Shown piece by piece: positions 51,864-62,611 of a stretch of DNA of 64,000 bases. The DNA is taken from NCBI GenBank assembly GCA_039794845.1, contig JAUQVK010000037.1, positions 28,048 through 92,047 on the forward strand, read 5' to 3'. Under the pieces are notes generated by a model. It did no database searches. It was given only the letters and a program-made list of their open reading frames with translations, and had not been told where the DNA came from. Each line of letters begins with the position of its first letter. Position 1 is the stretch's first letter. This DNA comes from Thermostichus sp. DRC_bins_24. GTDB lineage: Bacteria > Cyanobacteriota > Cyanobacteriia > Thermostichales > Thermostichaceae. The translations under genes were made by a program, and so were the position numbers.

Positions 51864-52155
51864 GGTTCGGGTCAAGGGATCCCTCGAAAACGGACACCGG
51901 TGTTGTTTTGGACGGCTCGGCTTGGGCTAAAGATCGCAGCCCACCTCACTTTGTGACCCAGAGCCTGGGTCACCTTCTCAACTTACCCGATGTCCAACAG
52001 GAGATTCCCTCTGCAATCGGATCCCTTTGGATCCCTTCTGGTTTTACCATCCGTCTTGGATCCCTTTGAGCAATAGGATTGTGGCACGGGCTACCGAACT
52101 CAGTTCACGAATTTGCTACACAGGATCCGGTTCTTTTGATCGACAATGGTTCCCC

Positions 52156-53199
52156 ATGTTGGTGACTCAACATCCGGTTTTCCGGCGCTTTTGGTATCCG
52201 GTCATGCCCCTGAGCCTGTTGGCGGCGGGATCCCCGCAGCCCTTTGAGCTCCTGGGGGAAAAGATCGTGCTGTGGCTGGACGAGGCCGGACAACCCCAGG
52301 CGGCAGCGGATCGCTGTTGTCATCGGTCGGCGCAACTGTCAAAAGGGATCGTCTGTGAGGGCCGTATCCGCTGCCCCTACCACGGCTGGGAGTTCGATGG
52401 CTCCGGGGCCTGCGTGCGGGTGCCCCAACTGGAGGATCAAGCCGCCATTCCCCGCTCTTACCGGATCCCGACCTTTCACTGTCAGGCCCGCTACGGGTAT
52501 GCCTGGGTGTGCTTGCATCCTGAGCCGTTACGAGGGATCCCGGTGATCCCGGAAGCAGAGGATCCTGAGTTTCGGTTGATTCACGAGTTTTATGAACGCT
52601 GGGAGTGTGCGGGCCTACGCATTTGCGAAAACGAGTTCGATGCCGCCCACATCAGCTTTGTGCATCAAAACACCTTCGGCAGCATGGAAGACCTGGTACC
52701 CAGCCACTTCGAGCTTCAGGAGCTGGACTACGGCATTTACAGCCGCACGGTCATGGGGGTGGCCAACCCGGAGCTGCAACAACAAAACCTGGGCATTGCC
52801 GCCACCAAAACCGAGCGCACCACCACTCTGGTCTGGCATTTGCCCTTCACCAACCACATTCACATCCGCTACCCGAATGGCCGCAGCCATGTCATCGTCA
52901 ATACCCCCACCCCGATCAACGACCGCGCCTCCCAAGTGGTGCAGTTCTGTCTGCGCAACGACACCGAAGCCGATACCCCTGCTGCAGACGTGATCCGCTT
53001 CGACCGGGCCGTCACCCTAGAAGACAAAGCCATTCTGGAAACAACGGATCCGGATGTGCCCCTCACCCTGTCGCTCCGCAACGCTAACGCAAGCAGTGCC
53101 GAACAGCACATGTTCACGGATAAGCCCGGGATCCTGATGCGGAAACAATTGGCCGCCCTGCTCAAGGCCCACGACAACCCCTCAAATCAGATCCTCTAG
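52156..53199 (+). CDS. Rieske non-heme iron oxygenase alpha subunit
   Basis: CCHR..CPYHGW Rieske site; NEFDAAH..VH and EDK mononuclear Fe site. Confidence 0.88.
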   Translation: MLVTQHPVFRRFWYPVMPLSLLAAGSPQPFELLGEKIVLWLDEAGQPQAAADRCCHRSAQLSKGIVCEGRIRCPYHGWEFDGSGACVRVPQLEDQAAIPRSYRIPTFHCQARYGYAWVCLHPEPLRGIPVIPEAEDPEFRLIHEFYERWECAGLRICENEFDAAHISFVHQNTFGSMEDLVPSHFELQELDYGIYSRTVMGVANPELQQQNLGIAATKTERTTTLVWHLPFTNHIHIRYPNGRSHVIVNTPTPINDRASQVVQFCLRNDTEADTPAADVIRFDRAVTLEDKAILETTDPDVPLTLSLRNANASSAEQHMFTDKPGILMRKQLAALLKAHDNPSNQIL

Positions 53200-54150
53200 G
53201 CCACGGGTGCCGGCATAACGACTGTAGCCGTAGAGCAAAGCCAAGGTCAGCCCAGTCACCAAAAAGCTCAGGGCCGCCCCAAAGGGATAGTCGAGGCTGG
53301 AGCCAAACTGCAACTGAATCACGTTGCCGATGAGCAGGGTTTTGCTCCCCCCCAACAAATCCGGCACCACGAACATGCCAAAAGCAGGGATCCCGACCAA
53401 AATCAGCCCCGAGGCCAACCCCGGCAGGGTCTGGGGCAGAAGCACCCGCACAAACACCTGCCACCCATCGGCGTACAGATCTCGGGCGGCCTCCGCCAAC
53501 CGCCAATCGATGCGCTCTACCGCCGTGTAGAGGGGCAAAACCATGTAGGGCAAAAAGGTGTAGACCATGCCCAGATACACCGCCAGCCAGCCGGGATACA
53601 GAGCCGTTTGGGGCGGGATCCACCCCAGCCAAGCGGCCAAACGAGCCGGCCAAGCCTCCGGCCCCAACACCAACATCCAGGCATAGGTGCGAATCACCAG
53701 GTTCGTCCAGAAGGGGATCACCACCAAGGTCAGCAGCAGATCCCGTTGCCGGGGCGGATGGGCGGCAATGAAAAAAGCCAGCGGGTAAGCCAGCAGCACA
53801 CAAAAAGCCGTGGTTACCCCGGCCACCACCAGGCTGCGGCCCAAAATCTGCCAGTAAATCGGCGTCCAACCCAAGGGGCCATACCCGAGAATGCGCAGGT
53901 AGTTGTCCAGGGTGAGGGGCAGCTGGATCTGGCCGAAATCCCCGCGACTGAGGAAGCTGTACACCACCAGCAACAGCCCCGGCAACACCAACAGCAGCAT
54001 CACCCACAGCACCCCCGGCCCGGCAAAAATCAGGCTGCGCCACAGTTCCCCCAGCGGGGTGAGCATTTCCCCAAACCGCACCTGTCGCCGGGATCCCTGG
54101 CTTGGGGGAGGCGGGATCCTTTCCTCTGAGGGAGTTTGCAGCTTTAACAT
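53182..54150 (-). CDS. PotB-like polyamine ABC permease
   Basis: IPFWTNLVIRTYAW, LPYMVLPLY, EAARDL.A, PDLLGG. Confidence 0.88.
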   Translation of the reverse strand: MLKLQTPSEERIPPPPSQGSRRQVRFGEMLTPLGELWRSLIFAGPGVLWVMLLLVLPGLLLVVYSFLSRGDFGQIQLPLTLDNYLRILGYGPLGWTPIYWQILGRSLVVAGVTTAFCVLLAYPLAFFIAAHPPRQRDLLLTLVVIPFWTNLVIRTYAWMLVLGPEAWPARLAAWLGWIPPQTALYPGWLAVYLGMVYTFLPYMVLPLYTAVERIDWRLAEAARDLYADGWQVFVRVLLPQTLPGLASGLILVGIPAFGMFVVPDLLGGSKTLLIGNVIQLQFGSSLDYPFGAALSFLVTGLTLALLYGYSRYAGTRGLEDLI

Positions 54151-55283
54151 CAGGGATCCTCCGTGGGGGGGAGGGGATCCTGCCGCAGGCGAATCAGGCT
54201 TTTCGGGGGCAGGTGGGCCATTAAAGACTCACCAATCTCGAAGCCGAAATCCTCGTTGTCAGTATTGAGGGCGGTGGCCTTGAGGGACTGGCCATTGGCG
54301 GTTTGCAACACGTACTGGTTTTCCGCCCCGGTATAGATCAGGTTCTCCACCCGTACGGGCAGTTGGTTGGGCAGCAGCTCCCAGCCTTTGCGAGAGAGCT
54401 GAATTTTTTCCGGGCGAATCGAGAGGTGTACCCGTTCGTGGCTGGCATGGATCCCCAACACCTTCAACCTCCCGAGGGGGGTGTCCACACAGTCGGTACC
54501 ACAGGCGGTGCCTATAAGCAGGTTGCTCGCCCCCAAAAAATCCGCCACAAACGCTGTTGCCGGACGTTCGTAAACTTCATCGATCAACCCGATCTGCTCA
54601 ATTCGCCCGGCCCGCATCACCGCCACCCGGTCGCTGGTCACCAAGGCCTCTTCTTGGTCGTGAGTCACAAAAATAAAGGTCATCCCCAAACGGCGCTGCA
54701 ACTCGCACAGCTGCACCTGGAGCTGCTTGCGCAACTTGGCATCCAATGCCGAAAGCGGCTCATCCAACAAAAGCACCTCTGGCTCATTCACCAGGGCACG
54801 GGCCAGGGCCACCCGCTGTTGCTGGCCCCCAGAAAGCTCGTGGGGTTTACGCCCGGCAAAAGCCCCAATTTCCACCAATTCCAGAGCCGCTGCTACCTTT
54901 TTGCGAATCGTCTCTGCCCCCATACCACGCATGCGGAGGCCAAACCCGACATTTTCTTCTACGGTCATGAACGGGAAAAGGGCATAGCTCTGAAAGACGG
55001 TGTTGACGTTGCGCTTATGGGCGGGCAAATGCCCCACCTTCCGGCCCCGAATCAGCACCTCCCCGGCATCCGCCATCTCCAACCCCGCCAGAATCCGCAG
55101 CAGGGTCGTTTTGCCGCAGCCAGAAGGCCCCAGCAAGCCAAAAAACTCGCCGCGACGGATTTGTAAATCAATACCATCCAGGGCAACAAAATTGCCAAAG
55201 CGCTTGTAGAGGCCCATCAGTTCTACATCCCAAAGGGTGGGAGAAGCACCAGCGGTCACAGGCGGCAACAAGGACAACAACAC
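54150..55283 (-). CDS. PotA-like polyamine ABC ATP-binding protein
   Basis: GPSGCGKTT, VNTVFQSYALFP, LSGGQQQR, LLDEPLSALD, TOBE-like C-term. Confidence 0.9.
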   Translation of the reverse strand: MLLSLLPPVTAGASPTLWDVELMGLYKRFGNFVALDGIDLQIRRGEFFGLLGPSGCGKTTLLRILAGLEMADAGEVLIRGRKVGHLPAHKRNVNTVFQSYALFPFMTVEENVGFGLRMRGMGAETIRKKVAAALELVEIGAFAGRKPHELSGGQQQRVALARALVNEPEVLLLDEPLSALDAKLRKQLQVQLCELQRRLGMTFIFVTHDQEEALVTSDRVAVMRAGRIEQIGLIDEVYERPATAFVADFLGASNLLIGTACGTDCVDTPLGRLKVLGIHASHERVHLSIRPEKIQLSRKGWELLPNQLPVRVENLIYTGAENQYVLQTANGQSLKATALNTDNEDFGFEIGESLMAHLPPKSLIRLRQDPLPPTEDP

Positions 55284-55422
55284 TTACCCAGTATGCAAGC
55301 CTTGGGCCGCCCTGGAGTTACTTTGGGTACAAGTTCTGCGATTGTCGGTGAGATGGGTCATGCCAAAGAGAAGTTGGGGCGAAAATCTGGCGGGTGGGCC
55401 AGCCCCCAGCTCACAAGATTCA

Positions 55423-55436
55423 GTAGCTAGAGATAC
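55423..55436. promoter_or_regulatory. NtcA-binding site
   Basis: GTA-GCTAGAGA-TAC, with -10-like CACGAT 22 nt downstream toward the amidase. Confidence 0.7.
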
Positions 55437-55478
55437 AAGCATTGGCGGCAACCTGATTCACGATCGGATGCACACATT

Positions 55479-55507
55479 CTGATTTGTCCTGATTTTGTCC
55501 TGATTTG
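55479..55507. repeat. Short tandem repeat (CTGATTT(T)GTC) x ~2.7
   Basis: ctgatttgtc ctgattttgtc ctgatttg. Confidence 0.75.
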
Positions 55508-55546
55508 CTAGAGTTCAGTGCATCTTTTCGGAAGGGATCCCTAGCT

Positions 55547-56512
55547 GTGCCGACTCATACCCTGCGTGCCACCCCCAACACCGTTCACTTGGGCGGGTTT
55601 TCCTCGCAACTGCCCCCGGCCTTGCGGGTGCAGTCGGGAGATGTGGTGGAGGTGGAGACCTACTCGGGGTTTGCCCACTACGGCAAAGCGCCGGATCACT
55701 TCTTTACGCCGGAGTTCATCGAAATTTGTCAAACCTTGCCCGCCGAGCGCCGCGTGGGGCCGGGGCCACATCTGCTGACGGGGCCAATCTATGTGGAGGG
55801 GGCCGAACCGGGGGATGTGCTGGAGGTACGGTTGCAATCGATCACCCCTCGCTTGCCCATCGGCTTCAATGCCATCCGTCCGGGGTGGGGAGCTTTGCCG
55901 GGGGAGTTCGACCAACCTCGGCTGCGCTTTATTGACCTGGATCTGGAGCAGGGGGTGGCGGAATTTCCCCCTGGCAGTGGCATTCGCGTCCCGATTCGCC
56001 CCTTCTTCGGCATTTTGGGGGTAGCCACCGACGAAACCAGCCGCAACTCCGTCCCCCCCGGGGCCTATGGCGGCAACATCGACAATCGCCAACTGCAGGC
56101 GGGATCCCGGGTGTTTCTGCCCGTTTTCTTGCCCGGTGCCTTGTTTTCGGTGGGGGATGGCCACTCTGCCCAAGGGGATGGAGAAATTGATGTGACGGCG
56201 ATTGAAACCTCCATGAACGGCAGATTGCAGTTGATTCTGCGCAAGGATTTACATTTCCAGGTGCCGATGGCAGAAACCCCCAGCGATTTCATCACGATGG
56301 GCTTTGCTGAAGATCTGGATGCAGCCTTTGAGCTGGCCCTGAAGCGGATGATCGACTTTCTGCACAAGTTTGTCGGCATCGAGCGGGAAGAAGCCTACGT
56401 GCTCTGCAGCATTGCCGTCAACTTTCACATTACGCAGGTGGTGAATAGTCCCATGAAAGGGGTACATGGGTTGCTACCCAAGCAGATTCTGCCCCAACCG
56501 GCCTTGCTTTAG
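55547..56512 (+). CDS. Acetamidase/formamidase family protein
   Basis: HLLTGPIYVEGAEPGD, GGNIDN, GDGHSAQGDGE. Confidence 0.92.
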   Translation: MPTHTLRATPNTVHLGGFSSQLPPALRVQSGDVVEVETYSGFAHYGKAPDHFFTPEFIEICQTLPAERRVGPGPHLLTGPIYVEGAEPGDVLEVRLQSITPRLPIGFNAIRPGWGALPGEFDQPRLRFIDLDLEQGVAEFPPGSGIRVPIRPFFGILGVATDETSRNSVPPGAYGGNIDNRQLQAGSRVFLPVFLPGALFSVGDGHSAQGDGEIDVTAIETSMNGRLQLILRKDLHFQVPMAETPSDFITMGFAEDLDAAFELALKRMIDFLHKFVGIEREEAYVLCSIAVNFHITQVVNSPMKGVHGLLPKQILPQPALL

Positions 56513-56542
56513 GGGGATTTTCTCCGGTCTGGCGGCTCCCCC

Positions 56543-57397
56543 TTACTCAGCTTGGGGATCGGTGGGAGCATTCTGCAGCTGCGACGGCCAAACCCAATCC
56601 ATCATCTCTGCCGGTGGGATCCCTTCCGGCAACAGGCCATAGCAACGGGAGCGAAACAGACAGCTGCCGCAGCGTTCGGTGTGGGGTGTCATGGGAAAGT
56701 CTTGGGCTTCCAATTGCCGTAGGTAGGCCAGGGTGGCTTTGAGGTGGGCCAAATCCTGCTCATAGGCGGTGGCGCTGTAGTGCCGTTGGAAGGGGTGCTG
56801 TGGGTGCTGGGCATACCAAAGGGTGAGCTGCACTTGCTCAGGGTGAAAGGGGCTCTCCAGGGGCAGTTGGTCGGCCACCCCACACAGCAGTAAGGGATAA
56901 AGACGCACCTGCCAGTTTTGCTGTAACTGTCGATCAAGGGGGCGTTGGCGCTCGGTTTTCCAATCGACAATCTGGAGAGATGCTGGGGCAACCACCAACC
57001 GATCCAAACGGGCAATCAGCTTAAATCCTTCGATCCGCTGCCACAGGGGCAACTCCGCAAACACCCGTCCCTGCGGATGCGCATGGGGGCTTGCCAAAAA
57101 CACCTGCCACCACTGCTGCACTACCTCATCCAGGCTGGGCAATAAAGGATCCACCCTGCGCCCCTGGCTGTGCAATTCCACCAAACGATGAAACTGCTGC
57201 CCGTGGTGCCGCTCGCTTTCGTGCTCCAAGGCATCTGCGGTAGGCCAGATCAAGCGCTCCAGATACACATAGCGAAACAGGCGGGGGCAGTGTTCCAGCA
57301 GCGCCAGAGAAGAGGCAGACAGGCTAATTTGCTCAAGGCTCACTCCCTCTGGAGAGCGGGCAGAGGTGTAAGACGGGGCAACAGGGATCCCGGACAT
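56543..57397 (-). CDS. PD-(D/E)XK nuclease with Fe-S staple (AddB/Cas4-like)
   Basis: SASSL..HCPR, ARLDRL..IVDWKT, Q.RLY, CGSCLFRSRC. Confidence 0.82.
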   Translation of the reverse strand: MSGIPVAPSYTSARSPEGVSLEQISLSASSLALLEHCPRLFRYVYLERLIWPTADALEHESERHHGQQFHRLVELHSQGRRVDPLLPSLDEVVQQWWQVFLASPHAHPQGRVFAELPLWQRIEGFKLIARLDRLVVAPASLQIVDWKTERQRPLDRQLQQNWQVRLYPLLLCGVADQLPLESPFHPEQVQLTLWYAQHPQHPFQRHYSATAYEQDLAHLKATLAYLRQLEAQDFPMTPHTERCGSCLFRSRCYGLLPEGIPPAEMMDWVWPSQLQNAPTDPQAE

Positions 57398-57613
57398 GAC
57401 CGTAGCAGGGATGCAACTGTCCCCACATTGACATACTTATCCAACCCATCTGGCAGTATGGCTGGAGATTCCTTGGGTCACCCCGAAGAGCTCCTGCTGC
57501 GACGCACGGCCTCTGGCTACGCCACTCCCCGGCCAGGGGTACGGGCGGAGCACTGCGACGGATTCTGGTAGGGGGGCTAGAGTGAAGAAAGCCACTTCCT
57601 TGAACGGGCGGAT

Positions 57614-58666
57614 ATGAAACCTCAGGCTGTAGCCCGGATTCTTGATGCCAACCTCGACCGTGCCCGCGAGGGCTTGCGGGTGTTGGAAGAATGGTTTCGC
57701 TTCGGTTTGGAGGATCCCACTCGCTCCGGCGAGTGCAAAGCCATGCGTCAGGCCCTGGCCCAGTGGCACAGCGATCCCTTGCGATTTGCCCGCGATACCC
57801 CTGCCGATCCGGGCACCCACCTCTCCCACCCCCAAGAGGAGCAGCGGCGGGATCTCAGTCATCTGTTGCAGGCCAATTGCAGCCGCGTTCAAGAAGCCCT
57901 GCGGGTGCTGGAGGAGTACGGAAAACTGGCGGAATCCAGTCATTGGGTGGCTCCAGGGTTGGCCAAGCTGGCCCAGGATATGCGCTATCGCCTCTACGGG
58001 CTGGAAAATGAACTACTGGGGGGATCCCTGCGGCAACGCCTGTCGGAAGCCCACCTGTATCTGATAACCAGCCCTGTCCCCCACTGGCTAGAGGCCGTGG
58101 AAAAAGCCCTGCGGGGTGGAGTAACGCTGGTGCAGTATCGCCAGAAACACCTCTCCGATAGGGAAATGCTGCGGGATCTCAAGCAGCTGCGCCAACTGTG
58201 CGACCGTTACCATGCCCTGATGCTCGTCAACGACCGGGTGGATCTGGCCCTGATCAGCCAAGCCGACGGGGTTCACCTGGGCCAGACGGATCTGCCGGTG
58301 GCCTGGGCGCGGCAACTGTTGGGACCCCACAAGTTGATCGGCCTTTCCACCACCAATGCCGAAGAATTGGCCCATGCCCTTACCACAGGCGTGGATTACC
58401 TTGGGGTGGGCCCCGTCTATGCCACCCCCACCAAAGCCGAGAAACCTGCTGCTGGCCTGGAGTATGTGCGCTTGGCCGCCCGGCAGTCCCACATTCCCTG
58501 GTTTGCCATCGGCGGCATCGATGCCCACAATCTGGCCCAGGTACGGGAGGCGGGTGCTACCCGGGTGGCCGTGGTGCGTGCCTTGATGGAGGCCCCCGAT
58601 CCGGCCCAAACGGCGCGGCTGATGCTAGGGGAATTGCTCCCCCAAGGGATCCCTGCTTTGTCTTAA
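57614..58666 (+). CDS. thiE: Thiamine-phosphate synthase (cyanobacterial long form)
   Basis: [20 protein letters not shown]-domain; [26 protein letters not shown]. Confidence 0.95.
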   Translation: MKPQAVARILDANLDRAREGLRVLEEWFRFGLEDPTRSGECKAMRQALAQWHSDPLRFARDTPADPGTHLSHPQEEQRRDLSHLLQANCSRVQEALRVLEEYGKLAESSHWVAPGLAKLAQDMRYRLYGLENELLGGSLRQRLSEAHLYLITSPVPHWLEAVEKALRGGVTLVQYRQKHLSDREMLRDLKQLRQLCDRYHALMLVNDRVDLALISQADGVHLGQTDLPVAWARQLLGPHKLIGLSTTNAEELAHALTTGVDYLGVGPVYATPTKAEKPAAGLEYVRLAARQSHIPWFAIGGIDAHNLAQVREAGATRVAVVRALMEAPDPAQTARLMLGELLPQGIPALS

Positions 58667-58694
58667 CTTCACTCTTAATCTCACAGTGAATGCC

Positions 58695-60350
58695 ATGACG
58701 GATGCCGCACAACGCCTGAGCGAGAGCAAGAGCAGATTAGACCCTTCCCCCAATGGGATCCCTTCCGGAGGGGATCTGGCTCTCGTCCATGAACCGCAAG
58801 CTGAGTTGGTGACGGCCCTCGATTTGATGATCCGGGCCCGTTACCCTCTCATTTACTTGGTTTCTCCGGAGGAGGAACCTGCCGACGCAGTGCTGGCGCA
58901 AGTGGCCAAACGTACGGATCCCCCCCGCAAGGTACTGATCTGGGATCTGGTACGGGGTTGGCAGGACACCGGCGAAGATCGAGGCTCCGTTATGGCGGCC
59001 CTGGGCCGGGTGATGCGCTCTGCCCCCGGCGAAGACACCCTGTTCGTGTTGCGGGATCTGCACTTTATTTTGCGCAACGCCAGCAGCGACAAAAATGCCC
59101 CAGTTGTGCGCGAGCTGAAAAACCTCAGCCGTGAGCTTAAACGCAGCCGCAAGATGTTGTTCCTCCTCAGCCATACGCTGGAGATCCCCACCGATCTGGC
59201 GGAAGAGATCACCGTCGTCGATATTCCTCTGCCCAGCAGCGACGAGATCAACCGCCTGATCCAGCTCTATGTTGCCCCCGAGAAACTTAAACTCACCCCC
59301 CTTGCCCGCGAACAGTTGATCAAGGCTTGCCAGGGTCTGAGTCGAGAGCGGATTCGCCGCGTTTTGGCCCGTGCCTTGGCCGCCAAACAGGAGGTGAACG
59401 AAGCGGATATCGACCTGGTGTTGGAGGAGAAAAAGCAAGCCATTCGCCAAACGGGCATTCTAGAATTTTTCACCGCCCGTGAGAGCCTTAAAAGTGTGGG
59501 GGGGCTGGATAACCTGAAAGCCTGGGTACGGGTGCGCCAAGAAGCCTTTACGGAAGAAGCGCGTCGCTACGGCTTGCCCAATCCCAAGGGGGTGTTGCTG
59601 GTGGGGATCCAGGGCACCGGCAAGTCTCTCTCGGCCAAGACCATTGCCAATGAGTGGCGGTTGCCCCTGCTGCGGCTGGATGCCGGCCGTCTTTTTGCCG
59701 GAATTGTCGGGGAATCGGAGAGCCGCGTGCGCCAGATGATCCAACTTTCGGAGGCAATGGCCCCCTGCGTGCTCTGGATCGACGAAATCGACAAAGCTTT
59801 TGGCAATATTGCCAGTGGCGCAGATGGGGACTCTGGCACCAGTCGACGGGTGTTTGGCAGTCTGATCACCTGGATGCAGGAGAAAACCAGCCCTGTTTTC
59901 ATCGTTGCCACCGCCAACAATGTGCCCCTGTTGCCGCCGGAGCTGCTGCGCAAAGGCCGTTTCGACGAGATTTTCTTTTTGAACCTACCCACCGAAGCCG
60001 AGCGCAAAGAAATCTTCCGGGTGCATTTGCAGCGGTTACGGCCCAGCCGCTTGCGAGAGTTCGACCTGGGGGCCTTGGCGGCTCAGTCGGAAAACTTTAG
60101 CGGGGCCGAGATTGAACAGGCGATCGTGGATGCCATGTACAACGCCTTTGGGGGCAGCGGCAATGGTGGCCGACGTGACTTTACCCAAGACGATATTCTG
60201 CAGGCGATTGCTGAAACCGTGCCCTTGGCCTCCATCGCCCGTGACCAAATCGAGAACCTGAAATGCTGGGCCGCTCAAGCTGGAGCCAGAACAGCCTCAC
60301 AAGATGCCAGGGTGCTGCAGGAGATGAAACAGTGTTTCGTTCCCTCCTGA
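58695..60350 (+). CDS. ycf46: Ycf46-like AAA ATPase
   Basis: VGGLDNLK, GIQGTGKS, WIDEIDK, LLRKGRFDE. Confidence 0.88.
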   Translation: MTDAAQRLSESKSRLDPSPNGIPSGGDLALVHEPQAELVTALDLMIRARYPLIYLVSPEEEPADAVLAQVAKRTDPPRKVLIWDLVRGWQDTGEDRGSVMAALGRVMRSAPGEDTLFVLRDLHFILRNASSDKNAPVVRELKNLSRELKRSRKMLFLLSHTLEIPTDLAEEITVVDIPLPSSDEINRLIQLYVAPEKLKLTPLAREQLIKACQGLSRERIRRVLARALAAKQEVNEADIDLVLEEKKQAIRQTGILEFFTARESLKSVGGLDNLKAWVRVRQEAFTEEARRYGLPNPKGVLLVGIQGTGKSLSAKTIANEWRLPLLRLDAGRLFAGIVGESESRVRQMIQLSEAMAPCVLWIDEIDKAFGNIASGADGDSGTSRRVFGSLITWMQEKTSPVFIVATANNVPLLPPELLRKGRFDEIFFLNLPTEAERKEIFRVHLQRLRPSRLREFDLGALAAQSENFSGAEIEQAIVDAMYNAFGGSGNGGRRDFTQDDILQAIAETVPLASIARDQIENLKCWAAQAGARTASQDARVLQEMKQCFVPS

Positions 60351-60377
60351 AGCAGTCCGAAGAAGCACACCTCGAGG

Positions 60378-61046
60378 CTAAATGCGCCTCAAGATGCTGG
60401 GGCCGTGGGAATCGGTACCACAGGTTTTCAAGAGGTTGTAGCTTGCCGCCAACACTTCGGCCATGTCCGTCACTTCTGGGCTGGGAGCCCAAACCGGTGG
60501 GTTCTTGTAGGCGTAGTAAACCTCAAGGCCATTCACCCCCAACTCCACCGCCGCCGGAACCACCTCTTCAGCAGGCACCAGATAGCGAAAGGGGTGCGCC
60601 AATACCGCCAAGCCCCCTGCCGCCTGAATTGCTTGAATCGCCTCTGCAGCAGGCAATTCCGGGATCCGCTCCCCTTGGGTAAAAGGATCCAGCGCGGCAT
60701 CGGTGGGGTCAAAGCCGTAGCCAAGAATGTGGACTTCGCAACCCAACAACTCCGCAGTGATCTCGATCCCGGGCCAAAGGATGGGGTCGTTGGGGCGATC
60801 CAGGTAGGCGCGTGCTTGCTCGTAGCCTTTGAGGCTGTGGTGATCGGTAATGGCCAACCCTTGCAGCCCGTATTGACGCGCTTGTTCGGCCAGATCGCAG
60901 GGATCCATCTGTCCATCCGAACAGCGAGTATGCAGGTGAAAGTTGTAGTGCAAAGGGCAAGAGAGAGGGCCGATCCCCCGTAGCACCCGCCGCAACTCTG
61001 CAGCAGAGGCCGCAACACGGGGATCCCGTTCCAAACCGACAACCAT
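60378..61046 (-). CDS. PHP-domain protein
   Basis: HLHTRCSDG, ITDHH, GIEIT, AHP, GTDSHG. Confidence 0.9.
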   Translation of the reverse strand: MVVGLERDPRVAASAAELRRVLRGIGPLSCPLHYNFHLHTRCSDGQMDPCDLAEQARQYGLQGLAITDHHSLKGYEQARAYLDRPNDPILWPGIEITAELLGCEVHILGYGFDPTDAALDPFTQGERIPELPAAEAIQAIQAAGGLAVLAHPFRYLVPAEEVVPAAVELGVNGLEVYYAYKNPPVWAPSPEVTDMAEVLAASYNLLKTCGTDSHGPSILRRI

Positions 61047-61190
61047 GGCTACCCTTGGGTAGAGAACAGGCAAAACGCCTCAGAAGCTAACCTCTGAAGT
61101 TTTATTAAGCATGCCTTCCCATCTTAGCCCTGGGGATTGGTGAGTGCCATGTGCCGAAGGCTACTGAATTGGAGGGGGAGGCGGATACCG

Positions 61191-62351
61191 TTAGCCTTGG
61201 GCCAACACATCAGCCGCCGCACGGGTTCCCGCCCCTGGAGTGAAGTCGCTGTAGCCGACCGTGTGCAAGGCAGATTCCAGCGTGGCCATGGTCATCAAGA
61301 TGTCGCGGTCGCCGATAAACCCCAAATGACCAAGGCGGAAGATCTTGCCCTTCAGATGGTCTTGTCCGGCAGCAGTGGCCAGGTCAAATTGTTTCTTCAA
61401 AACGCTGCGAATCGTATCGGCACTAATGCCTTCCGGAGCCAACACAGCCGTCACCGCAGGGCTGGCAGCCGATTCTGGCTCCACCAACAGCTTCAGCCCA
61501 AGGGCCTTGACTCCCGCCCGGGTGGCTTGGGCCAATTTGGCATGGCGCCGGTAAATGGCTTCCAAGCCTTCGGCCCGCATCATTTGCAGCGTTGTTTGCA
61601 GGGCGTAAAACAGGTTCACCGCTGGAGTAAAGGGGGTGGTGCCCTGTTTGAGGGATTTTTGTGCCAGCTGGAAGCTCCAGTAGTACTTGGGGAAGGTGGA
61701 GCGCTGTGAAGCAGCCATGGCCCGTTCGCTGACGGCGACAAACCCCAACCCCGGTGGGATCATATAGCCCTTCTGGGAGCCGGAAGCCACCACATCCAAG
61801 CCCCATTCGTCCATGAGCACCGGCATCGCCCCAACACTGGTTACCCCATCCACGATTACCAGGGCTTCTCCGTGGGCCCGGGCAGCGGCGGCAATCGCCT
61901 GCACATCGTTGGCCACTCCACTGGAGGTTTCTGAATGGGTGAGAATGACAGCCTTGATGGTCTTTTCGCGGTCGGCGGCCAGCTTCTCTTGAAAGATCTC
62001 AACTGGGTAAGGGATCCCCCAGGTGGTTTCGATCCGTTCACATTGGAGGCCAAACTGTTCGGACATTTCCGCCCAGCGCTCCCCAAACTTGCCATTTACT
62101 CCCACCAAGACGCGCTCCCCGGGGCTGAGGGTGTTGAGGATCCCGGCTTCCATGGCGCCGGTGCCACTGGCGGAAAAGACAAAGACATCGGAGGTGGTTT
62201 GGTGTAGCCAGCGCAGGCCGTCGGTCACTTCTTCCAGAATGGCGGTGAAATCTTTGCTGCGATGCTCGATCGGCCCACGCGCCATCGCCAGCAGAGCACT
62301 CTCGGGAACGGGAGTGGGGCCAGGGATCATCAATATCAGCTTGTCTTTCAT
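61191..62351 (-). CDS. Class V PLP aminotransferase (alanine-glyoxylate/serine-pyruvate family)
   Basis: LMIPGPTP, HSETSSG, SGSQKGYMIPPG, FRLGHLG. Confidence 0.92.
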   Translation of the reverse strand: MKDKLILMIPGPTPVPESALLAMARGPIEHRSKDFTAILEEVTDGLRWLHQTTSDVFVFSASGTGAMEAGILNTLSPGERVLVGVNGKFGERWAEMSEQFGLQCERIETTWGIPYPVEIFQEKLAADREKTIKAVILTHSETSSGVANDVQAIAAAARAHGEALVIVDGVTSVGAMPVLMDEWGLDVVASGSQKGYMIPPGLGFVAVSERAMAASQRSTFPKYYWSFQLAQKSLKQGTTPFTPAVNLFYALQTTLQMMRAEGLEAIYRRHAKLAQATRAGVKALGLKLLVEPESAASPAVTAVLAPEGISADTIRSVLKKQFDLATAAGQDHLKGKIFRLGHLGFIGDRDILMTMATLESALHTVGYSDFTPGAGTRAAADVLAQG

Positions 62352-62381
62352 GCTCGCCCCATTTGGGATGTGAGGTTTGAG

Positions 62382-62453
<72 letters not shown>

Positions 62454-62611
62454 CTACCACTCAACCAGAGAAGTCATTCTAGCTGAAAAGGGGATCCCGC
62501 TTCCAACCCTTAACCGTGGCCTGTGATTCCACTTGGGCTCTGAGGATGGCTTTGAATAAGATCGGTCAACCTGTTCATGCATTCTTAAACCCTTAAACCC
62601 CGATTTCTGCC

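Noticed and set aside
57398..57613. TPP riboswitch upstream of thiE
   Set aside because: No CTGAGA or AGCGTAGGGA-type core found
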